Source: Dehalococcoidia bacterium (GTDB lineage Bacteria > Chloroflexota > Dehalococcoidia > Lucifugimonadales > JAGWBF01). From it: a DNA stretch of 64,000 bases. Below are positions 27,041 to 33,944 of this stretch, piece after piece. The notes beneath the pieces were generated by a model. The model was not told where the DNA came from. It did no database searches and worked only from the letters and a program-made list of their open reading frames with translations. Numbering within the stretch: the stretch's first letter is position 1; the number at the start of each line of letters is the position of its first letter. The stretch is from positions 3,275,096 through 3,339,095 of the forward strand of contig OZ240206.1 in assembly GCA_965197405.1 (NCBI GenBank), in the 5' to 3' direction. The position numbers and the translations under genes are program-made.

Positions 27041-28153
27041 CTAGGCGGCTGCCATCTCCGGCTGCTTCAGCATGGCGAAGTAGCCGGGCATCAGGACGGG
27101 CGTCATCGACAACCGGCCCATGCCGTCGTACCCGGCGCGGTAGGCGTACTCCGCCTTCGCGCCCCAGGGTACCCGGCCGCCGACCCGGACGGCGGGGCCG
27201 CCGAGCCTGCCGCGGCGCCCCGGCCCACCGGCGCCGTGCACCACCATCCCGCTCCGCTCGCCCTTCCGCCAGCCCAGCACTTTCACCTCGGCGGGCATGA
27301 CCCGCTCCTCCGACTTCGCGCGCCGGAACAGCACGGCGTGCAGCCTCTTCAGCACGCCCGCCGACGGTGTGGACTTGCCGTTCATGATCTGGGAGAGGTA
27401 CGAGGAGCTGATGCCCGCTCGCCGTGCGACCTCGTTCTGGCTGAACCCGTGAGCGTCCATGCGGTCCCACACGGCCTTCGTGTCGACGCAGGCAGGCTGC
27501 GCTGACGCGACCGTCGCCTCGGCCTCCAGCGCCGCCTCGACCAGCGCCTGGACCCTCACGCCCATGCCCCTGCGGCCGCGGGACACCTCCGACATGTAGC
27601 TGGCGGACACCCCGACCCGCTCGGCCAGCTCCCGCATGGTCATGCCCAGGGCGCGGGCGCGCTCCCGGACGTAGCTGCTCTGCCCGCTCACCACGCTCGC
27701 CGGGCGGTTGGCGCACTGCGCGGGCGCGATCTTCGCCGGGGCCTTGAGCGCCGACTCGATCCGGGTCTGGACCTTGACGCCCATGTGCTTGCGGCCACGG
27801 GCCACCTCCGACATGTATCCGTAGGACACCCCGGCGCGGTCGGCCAGGTCCCGCATGGTCATTCCCATCTCGCGGGCGCGCTCCCGGATGAAGCTGCTCT
27901 CGCCGGTCACGACGCCGCCCTGGCGGTAGACGGTCCCCTGGCCGGGGACCTCTCCCAGGACCGCAGCGACCTTCTGGCGCATCTTGGGAGTCCACGGCCT
28001 GCCCCCGTTCGCAAACTGCGACAGGTATCCCGCACTCACGCCCATCAGGGCCGCGAGCTCCTTCATGGTGACCCCCCACCGCCTCGCAGCAGCCCTCAGC
28101 TCGGTCTCCGCCGTCCTCGTCGTCGTTCCGGTTGCCATCGTTGCCGTCGTCAT
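27041..28153 (-). CDS. Protein with four tandem XRE-type helix-turn-helix domains
   Basis: The four HTH units are MKELAALMGVSAGYLSQFANG, MRDLADRAGVSYGYMSEVARG, MRELAERVGVSASYMSEVSRG and SQNEVARRAGISSSYLSQIMNG. Each is followed by a K/R-rich helix. The gene is paralogous to 49418..50539. AGGAGG lies 8 nt upstream. Confidence 0.85.
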   Translation of the reverse strand: MTTATMATGTTTRTAETELRAAARRWGVTMKELAALMGVSAGYLSQFANGGRPWTPKMRQKVAAVLGEVPGQGTVYRQGGVVTGESSFIRERAREMGMTMRDLADRAGVSYGYMSEVARGRKHMGVKVQTRIESALKAPAKIAPAQCANRPASVVSGQSSYVRERARALGMTMRELAERVGVSASYMSEVSRGRRGMGVRVQALVEAALEAEATVASAQPACVDTKAVWDRMDAHGFSQNEVARRAGISSSYLSQIMNGKSTPSAGVLKRLHAVLFRRAKSEERVMPAEVKVLGWRKGERSGMVVHGAGGPGRRGRLGGPAVRVGGRVPWGAKAEYAYRAGYDGMGRLSMTPVLMPGYFAMLKQPEMAAA

Positions 28154-28196
28154 CGGTCCGTCCTCCTTCTGTTGTGTTGTGTTGCCTCTGGCCTGC

Positions 28197-28247
28197 GCCC
28201 GCTTGCGGGCAAAGAAGAAGGGCCGTCCCCGGATGGGAACGGCCCTT
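28197..28247 (-). terminator. Two hairpins followed (on the minus strand) by CTTCTTCTTTG, in the 5' leader of the 4xHTH gene
   Basis: On the minus strand, AAGGGCCGT..ACGGCCCTT is followed by CTTCTTTG, then GCCCGCAAGCGGGC, about 45-95 nt upstream of the ATG. The same arrangement occurs at 51507-51558, and a single hairpin lies at 50565-50597. Confidence 0.45.
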
Positions 28248-28513
28248 GTGAGTTGGGATGTGCTGCGACAGGGCCGCAGCGGTCAGCGACCGAGCGGCAG
28301 CCCGCCGAGGCTCAGAGCGAAGACCTCAGAACCGCCGCAAAGCCTGCTGCCCGTGCCGGACGTGCATAGCCGCCTCCTTTCTGTTGTTGACCCGCGCGGC
28401 ATCCACGGCGCGAGTCTTCGGTGATGGGGTTGACGCTGGACGCACTCCGCCCACGGTCGGATGCCGGACGCGGGAGACGGAGTGGGGGTGAAAGAAGACG
28501 CAGCTCGCCCCAG

Positions 28514-28539
28514 AGCCTGCCCCGTACTTGATACGGGGG
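28514..28539. repeat. REP-like palindromic element AGCCTGCCCCGTACTTGATACGGGGG
   Basis: The stem is CCCCGTA/TACGGGG with a 5-nt loop. Further copies lie at 52331-52355, 52371-52395 and 53363-53387. Confidence 0.75.
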
Positions 28540-28563
28540 TGATTCGTTGGGGAATCGACTCCG

Positions 28564-28830
28564 GGGGAGTTGCTACGAGGGGAGCGGCCGGCCTACGGTT
28601 CAGACGCAGGTCAGCGCATGGGAGAAAGACGCAGATTGCCCAGGGTGCAGAACGTCATGGGGAAGCTGCTATGAGGGGAGCGGCCGGCCTACGACTCAGA
28701 CGCAGGTCGGCGCATGGGAGAAAGACGCAGCTTGCCCAGGATGCGTAGCGTGCAGGTTGGGGAGAAGCTGCGAGACGTGAAGCGGCCAGCCTGCTTGCAA
28801 CGGCAGACCGGCGCGTGTCGAAGGTGCGGC
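28564..28830 (+). repeat. About 95-bp tandem direct repeats (two good copies plus one degenerate)
   Basis: 28564-28648 and 28659-28744 are near-identical (GAGGGGAGCGGCCGGCCTACGnnTCAGACGCAGGTCnGCGCATGGGAGAAAGACGCAGnTTGCCCAGG). The third copy, from 28758, is eroded. Confidence 0.8.
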
Positions 28831-28960
28831 CCGGCTGCGTGTCAGCCATGCCGCGGGCATGAGGAGCCGGTCGGACGCAAGACGCACTCCGACCAGCTTG
28901 CTGAGGACAAGGCGCAGAGCGCGCTTCGTCCCGTGCGTCAGGCGGATGAGGCGATCAACC

Positions 28961-29215
28961 CCGAACCGCCAGACCAGTGCCCAACGAGTGAAGCGATCAA
29001 CTCCGACCGCCAGGCGGGTGTCCAGTGACGGAAGCGATCAACTCCAATCGCCGGACTGGGTGTCCAGCGGGAGAAGGGCTTATCACTCCGACCGCCGGAC
29101 TGGACCGAGGACGAAGGACCAGCGTCAACTCCGTCGTATCAGCCCGCGCTGGTTGCGAAGGACCAACGTCAAACTCCGCATTGCCAGCATTCCCTCGTGG
29201 GCGACCGGGGGAGAG
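28961..29215 (+). repeat. Six degenerate tandem repeats of ~42 bp (iteron-like)
   Basis: Units start at 28961, 29003, 29044, 29088, 29130 and 29173. The consensus is GCGATCAACTCCGACCGCCGGACTGGGTGTCCAGnGnnGAAG. Stops occur in all frames across the units. Confidence 0.75.
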
Positions 29216-29416
29216 CGAATCATCCTCCGGTTGGACCCGTGCAACAGGGATCACGCACCCAGGTTTCTATGGTCGGAAACCTTGGAAAAAGCCTAACAGC
29301 ACAGTCATTATCAACGGCCCGAGACCCGCAAAAGAGGGCCTGCGGCCCCCCTTTCGCAAACCGCCGCCAAATCGTTCACTAAAGTTGCCTGCAAAGCCGC
29401 CGCAGGCCCGGCCCGG

Positions 29417-30268
29417 CTACCGCCACAACAGTCGGAGGGTCAGCGTGTTCAGAAGCTCCCGCTTCTTCAGCGCTCTCCGCGTGTCGAAGAGCGCTGTCCG
29501 GCGATGGGTGACCTGACCGTTGCGGTCGAAGCCCCTCAGCGGAAACCTAGCCGGGGGGAGGGTCATGCCGTGCTCCTCCAACAACGCCAGCTCCAACGCC
29601 AGGAACCGCTCCTCGGTGCGCAGCCAGTCCAGGCTCTTCCCGGCGTTGGGGTGAACGTCCTTCAGCTCCCGCCACTCGACGATGAGCGCCCACGCCTTCC
29701 CGAACACCTCCTCGTCGTCCTCGGCGGGCTCCAGGGTCACGAGGTCGGGATACTCTCGCCGCAACCTGGGCCTCGGCGGAGGTTTTCTGCCCATGCCCCG
29801 CGCACCGCTCTCCGAGCCGTCCGCTGCCGCCTGGGAGGGACCGGCGCCGGCGTGACCGGCCCCGGTCCCCTGGGCATCGCTTCGCTTCAGGGCTTCGACC
29901 CGGCCCTCGACGGCGGCCACACGCCTCCGCACCTCCTTGCCCAGGGCGTCATAGTCCTTTGCCAACGCCTCATGCCCCTTCTCCAACGCCTCGACCCGGC
30001 TCTCCAGCTTCTCGTTGCGCTCCCGCTGCCGGGCCGCAGCCGACCCGACACCCTCCTGCAACGCACGCTCCAGGGCCTGCCTCACCCGCCTCGACAGCTG
30101 CCCCGTCCTGGCGCACTCGGCCACCGTCCGCTGGTCCAGTTCCAGCACCCGCGCAGCGCCCTTGTATCCCTTGTCCCGCACCAGTTCTTGCAGCAGCGCC
30201 ATGAGCCTCATGTGGTAGACGTTCTCCACGTCTTTGCTGCTGTCGATGCCGTGTTCGGTGGTCTTCAT
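29417..30268 (-). CDS. HTH / coiled-coil regulator with a conserved uncharacterised C-terminal domain (paralogue of 53756..54595)
   Basis: The N-terminal part reads MRLMALLQELVRDKGYKGAARVLELDQRTVAECARTGQLS. A coiled coil follows (ESRVEALEKGHEALAKDYDALGKEV). The C-terminal part reads YPDLVTLEPAEDDEEVFGKAWALIVEWRE...LDWLRTEERFLALELALLEEHGMTLPP. The start is taken at ATG 30268, behind TTTGCAGAGGGAGAAAAG. Confidence 0.75.
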   Translation of the reverse strand: MKTTEHGIDSSKDVENVYHMRLMALLQELVRDKGYKGAARVLELDQRTVAECARTGQLSRRVRQALERALQEGVGSAAARQRERNEKLESRVEALEKGHEALAKDYDALGKEVRRRVAAVEGRVEALKRSDAQGTGAGHAGAGPSQAAADGSESGARGMGRKPPPRPRLRREYPDLVTLEPAEDDEEVFGKAWALIVEWRELKDVHPNAGKSLDWLRTEERFLALELALLEEHGMTLPPARFPLRGFDRNGQVTHRRTALFDTRRALKKRELLNTLTLRLLWR

Positions 30269-30351
30269 GGCTCTTTTCTCCCTCTGCAAACTCCGCTTGA
30301 GTCTCCGGTCAGCCACTGGCCAGCCCTTTTCCCGCTCTCAGGCCACGGTTT

Positions 30352-30590
30352 TCGGGGACGTCATGCACCCCCACTTCAATCGCATTTTCCGGGGCCTAAT
30401 GTCATTGGGAAGCCGCTCCCACGGTCCCGCCGATGTCATTCCCCACGTTTGGCGATGTCATTGCCGTCCGGAACGCACTCTTTCTGAAAGTGTTCACTGG
30501 TTACGTCCTGTAGGGGGGTGATTTACCCCTGTTCCAGCTACGAAACCACGACTCAGGCCGCTCTGCTACCAAACTGAAACTCCTGTACAC
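30352..30590 (+). repeat. M module plus one ~100-nt unit, upstream of the regulator gene
   Basis: 30352-30507 matches 1545-1700. The unit at 30490-30590 carries GTGTTCAC, TCCTGTAGGGG, the hairpin AGGGG..CCCCT, CAGCTACGAAAC and CTCCTGTACAC. Confidence 0.75.
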
Positions 30591-31020
30591 CCCCAATACT
30601 GCACGAAAGGGGCGGAAAAAAAGAGGGTCTATAACCCCCCGCATCCCTGCGCAGAGCCACAGGGGAACCGCCCATAGCACCCCGCATCCTTGCGCAGAGC
30701 TACCAGGGGTCTTATTTCCCGTTTGATTTGTTCACACTTTTTTGCGACTGACGCGGTCCGGTGAACCGCAGCACACCGCAGGGAGGTGAATGAGTTGGCG
30801 CGGAGACCATCGACCAATCGTCGGTCGGCGAAGTGGGGATCGCCGTCCCACTCCACCGAGCATCGAGGGAAGGTGCGGCGTGAGCAGCCCGTCCCGGCCC
30901 GCAAAAGTGCAACTGCCAGCTATGGCCTTTGCAACCCCGCCCCAACCCCAGCCGCCTACATAAACGCAACTCTCAGCTACGGGACCTGCATACGCACGCC
31001 GGAACGTACCCGCAAGTCAA

Positions 31021-31120
31021 AGTGTTCACTGTTTGTGTCCTGTAGAGGGGTGCTCCGCCCCATTTCAGCTACGAAACGGCCCGACTTGCATTTTTGCAAC
31101 CAACTTCATTTCTCTGTACA
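31021..31120 (+). repeat. ~100-nt unit (GTGTTCAC...TCCTGTAGAGGGG...CAGCTACGAAAC...CTCTGTACAC)
   Basis: The motif order and spacing match those at 2121-2220, 30490-30590 and 54729-54829. Confidence 0.7.
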
Positions 31121-31542
31121 CCCCAACGGCATCGCCAACGGGGGTATTCGCCCCAGGTCTTACAGGGGCGCTCACGTGAGCGCCCTCATGGGTAGTTATG
31201 CCCAACGTCTCGACCGCTCACACTGGACGGCAGGCGCCCGGCCCATGAGACGCCCAGAAGCGGGATAAGCGGGATGAGAAGCGATAGCGGAAGGAATCCA
31301 CAGGCCAATCGCCGGGCGGCGGCGAGGCGGGAATCGCCAACGCGCTCCGACGAGCATCGGCAGACCCTCAGGGAGGCGAACGAGTTGATGTTGAAATCCG
31401 CGATCCGGTCCAGGCGCAACGCTGAACGCTGCTTCGGCGGGCGCTCGAGACGGCTCTGCTGCCTGAAGGAGGCCGGCGGCCCGTCACAGACCTGAAACGA
31501 GAGGCCAGCAGCCCAACCGATTCGCCGCTGCGACTGCGCAAC

Positions 31543-31767
31543 ATGAGAGATCCCAGAAGAAACAACGGACGAAAGAGGCCCGGAGGACAGGAGCTCGAAG
31601 ACGCCCTGGAGACCTCCATGCCGTCCTACACGCCTGAACATCGCAGGGCGGTCCTGAAGGGGCTGCGCATCCTGGCCCGCGTCGCCATCCGCTCCTACAT
31701 GGAGGAGAAGGCGGAGGCATCGTCCCGGCCCGAAGCCGTGGAGGACGGCGGCGAAGAGGAAGAATAG
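31543..31767 (+). CDS. Hypothetical small protein with an acidic tail (weak call)
   Basis: This is an ORF only. The MPSYTPEHRRAVLKGLRILARVAIRSYMEEK segment looks protein-like, but the N-terminal part is R/G-rich, so the true start may be internal (near 31618). Confidence 0.3.
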   Translation: MRDPRRNNGRKRPGGQELEDALETSMPSYTPEHRRAVLKGLRILARVAIRSYMEEKAEASSRPEAVEDGGEEEE

Positions 31768-31852
31768 TGAGCGCCCCTCAAACGCTGCACAGAGACGGCA
31801 CATTGCCGTTCTATGGCTTGGCGCGGTATACTTTACGGAACGGTATCTGGTA

Positions 31853-32158
31853 ATGGAGTCCGGCGTGCGGCGTTTCACCGATGAGCATGGAAACGAGGTC
31901 AGGCTCACCGACGAGCGACTCCGGCACATCCTGCGAAGGCACCCTGAAATGGCCTTCCAGTTGCACCGGTTCGCCGAGACCCTTGCCAGCCCAGACACGG
32001 TGACTCCCTCTAGGTCCAGTTCCTCGGTACAACTCTACTACCGGCTCTACCCGGACCTGCGGGACAGGAACCGATACATCTGCCTTGTGGTGAAGAGGGA
32101 GACGGGCTATTCGTTCATCCTCACCGCCTACCTGAGCCGAAGCATCAAAGGAGAGTGA
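31853..32158 (+). CDS. Putative toxin of an uncharacterised family (BECR-fold-like, ...RHILRRHPEM... motif)
   Basis: The pattern is EVRLTDERLRHILRRHPEM...ETLASPDTV...YYRLY...RYICLVVKRETGYSFILTAYLSRSIKG. It matches small proteins commonly paired with DUF2283-type partners, recalled from memory. It is 101 aa and lies 3 nt upstream of the partner gene. Confidence 0.5.
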   Translation: MESGVRRFTDEHGNEVRLTDERLRHILRRHPEMAFQLHRFAETLASPDTVTPSRSSSSVQLYYRLYPDLRDRNRYICLVVKRETGYSFILTAYLSRSIKGE

Positions 32159-32161
32159 CCC

Positions 32162-32593
32162 ATGACGCGCAAGAAGGTGTTTGTCTCATACGATCATGAA
32201 GGGGACATGCTTGAGGTTCTGTGGGCGTTCCGGGAGGGGTACTTCACCCCCACCGAAGACGAGCGCGTCCTCAAGCGGCTGGACGACGACGGCGAGGTGA
32301 TCGGTTTTCTCATCCACGACATGAGCACGCTCAGGGAGCCCAGTCCCGTCGAGTTCGAGCTGGAGTCCGAGTCCCCCGACGATGACGTCGCCAACGTCAC
32401 GGTGAAGGAGGCGGCCACCCGGTTGGGCGTGTCGGAACGGAGGGTGCGTCAGCTTGCCCGCAACGGAAGGGTACGGGGAGCGACGAAGGCCGGATCGGAG
32501 TGGCTGATTCCCACGCCGGTTGAGGTGATTCCAGGAAGGCGAGGTCCCGTTGGTGTGGCAGGACGTGTCGGCGAAGCAGAAGCTAACCGCTAG
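32162..32593 (+). CDS. DUF2283-like N-terminal domain fused to an excisionase/MerR-type HTH (putative antitoxin)
   Basis: VFVSYDHEGDMLEVLW matches the YDxxxDxLyi signature. The C-terminal HTH reads VTVKEAATRLGVSERRVRQLARNGRVRGATKAGSEWLI. Confidence 0.6.
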   Translation: MTRKKVFVSYDHEGDMLEVLWAFREGYFTPTEDERVLKRLDDDGEVIGFLIHDMSTLREPSPVEFELESESPDDDVANVTVKEAATRLGVSERRVRQLARNGRVRGATKAGSEWLIPTPVEVIPGRRGPVGVAGRVGEAEANR

Positions 32594-32637
32594 GCCAGCT
32601 ATGCAGCATCGAAGAAACTCCCGAGGTTACTTGCGCC

Positions 32638-33441
32638 ATGAACACCCAAAATTCAGAGTTAGTCCGCATAATCACAACCATAAGCAACAGAGTCCAACAA
32701 TTCGTAGACATCGTTACCCCTTACGCGGAGCCTGTGGCACGCGGTTTGGTAGCGATGGCCAAATGGGGCCAAATGACCAAGGTGCTGAATGCCGCAGGTT
32801 GGTTACCTCACTATACTACCCCTCTCAACCTAGTCGAGGACTGCTCCGGCGATGCCTACGCCGTTCGCAGTAAACTCAACGAATACTACGAGCAGAATTG
32901 GTCCAGCGTACGTAGGACCATTGAATCCCATCTCGCTGAGTACAATGTTGATGAAGAAGCAAAGGCGACGTTTCGCGAGGCACTTGACGCCCATGGCTAT
33001 GGGCTCCACCGGAGCGTGTGCCGTGTACTATTTCCGGAAATAGATCGAGTGCTACGCACCGAACTGTTTGGGCGCAAAACCGGGAGTGAGAAGTATAAGA
33101 AGGTTGTCGAAACACTGGTCAATGACAAAGTGTTGGAAGATTTCTTGCCCGGAGGATGGTTCGACTTCGACTACTTTGGGCACCTAACTGCATCGATCAG
33201 GGACCGCTCCGATGATGCGTTGGACGAAAGGATATTTGGCCTGTTTAGCAGGGTAGACGAAGACGACTTACAGAGGGTTGGGCAGGATCCGGTGCCTAAT
33301 CGCCACGCTGCGATGCATGGCCTCGTCTCTTACTCGTCGCCGCAAAATAGTCTCAACACTATATTCGTTGCCGATTATATGTTCAGGTTAATCGGCTCAT
33401 TTAGAAACGCTCAGACTGAAGGAGAGCAGGCAAACAACTAA
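32638..33441 (+). CDS. Hypothetical protein with a C-terminal HEPN-like Rx4H motif, in a lower-GC island
   Basis: PVPNRHAAMHGLVSY carries R-x4-H, followed by G, in a predicted helical C-terminal region. The local composition is visibly AT-richer than the flanks. Confidence 0.55.
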   Translation: MNTQNSELVRIITTISNRVQQFVDIVTPYAEPVARGLVAMAKWGQMTKVLNAAGWLPHYTTPLNLVEDCSGDAYAVRSKLNEYYEQNWSSVRRTIESHLAEYNVDEEAKATFREALDAHGYGLHRSVCRVLFPEIDRVLRTELFGRKTGSEKYKKVVETLVNDKVLEDFLPGGWFDFDYFGHLTASIRDRSDDALDERIFGLFSRVDEDDLQRVGQDPVPNRHAAMHGLVSYSSPQNSLNTIFVADYMFRLIGSFRNAQTEGEQANN

Positions 33442-33653
33442 CTATGAGATCGCTCAAAACAACCCTATATGAGCCCTGGAGTTCCCCGACGCTATTGTAC
33501 GTTGAGTTGACTCCACAGACAGGGCTGATTTCTCGCGACTGAGTCCTAGCAGCGTCCTCAACGCCCAGAGCTACCAGGGTCCCCCCGGGCCAGCACTGGG
33601 CATCAGGTCTGTCCCTTTCCATGAGGCAGTCGGCGGTATGGGAAGCGACTCCC

Positions 33654-33704
33654 TTGACAACGGAGGTCCGATTCGTCCATGATAAGGGTAAGACATATTG
33701 TTAC
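33654..33704 (+). promoter_or_regulatory. Candidate promoter and GGTAAGAC box upstream of the RHH-rec2 operon
   Basis: TTGACA (33654-33659), an 18-nt spacer, then CATGAT/TGATAAG. GGTAAGACATATTGTTAC (33687-33704) shares the GGTAAGAC 8-mer with 3131-3138. Confidence 0.3.
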
Positions 33705-33722
33705 ATCAAGAGACAAAAAAAC

Positions 33723-33944
33723 ATGCCGAAGAAACGAAGGACCGTCACCTTCTCTCTGCCGCCGGAGATGGACGACCAGCTCAGGCAGGCGGTCAGGGAG
33801 GACGGCCGCACGCTGAGCGAGCTTCTGCGCGAGGCGTTCCGCCTCTACCTGGAGGAGAGGGAGTGGCGCAGACAGGAGAGGACGCAGATGCGGCGCTCGC
33901 GCCGAACCAGCAGGAAGCAACAAGGAGGAGCAACAGATGAGTGA
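33723..33944 (+). CDS. Ribbon-helix-helix protein coupled to the recombinase gene
   Basis: MPKKRRTVTFSLPPEMDDQLRQAVREDGRTLSELLREAFRLYL parallels the antitoxin at 3160..3417. Its stop overlaps the rec2 start (ATGAGTGA). No toxin gene follows. Confidence 0.75.
   Translation: MPKKRRTVTFSLPPEMDDQLRQAVREDGRTLSELLREAFRLYLEEREWRRQERTQMRRSRRTSRKQQGGATDE

Noticed and set aside
28564-29215. Possible CRISPR array, because of regularly spaced direct repeats.
   Set aside because: The units abut each other without unique spacers. The periods (95 and ~42 bp) and the degeneracy do not fit repeat-spacer architecture, and no cas genes are in the window. The same applies to the coding repeats in the adhesin and collagen-like genes.
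28714-29516. ORFs 28714..29028, 28859..29296 and 29025..29516 (+), which encode repetitive basic peptides.
   Set aside because: They exist only because the tandem DNA repeats keep frames open for short distances. Every unit contains stops in the other frames, and there is no RBS or start context.
30695-33580. The 14-nt direct repeat CAGAGCTACCAGGG at 30695 and 33566, as possible boundaries of an inserted cargo cassette.
   Set aside because: Several exact 14-mer coincidences are expected by chance in 64 kb of biased composition. The flanks show no further similarity.
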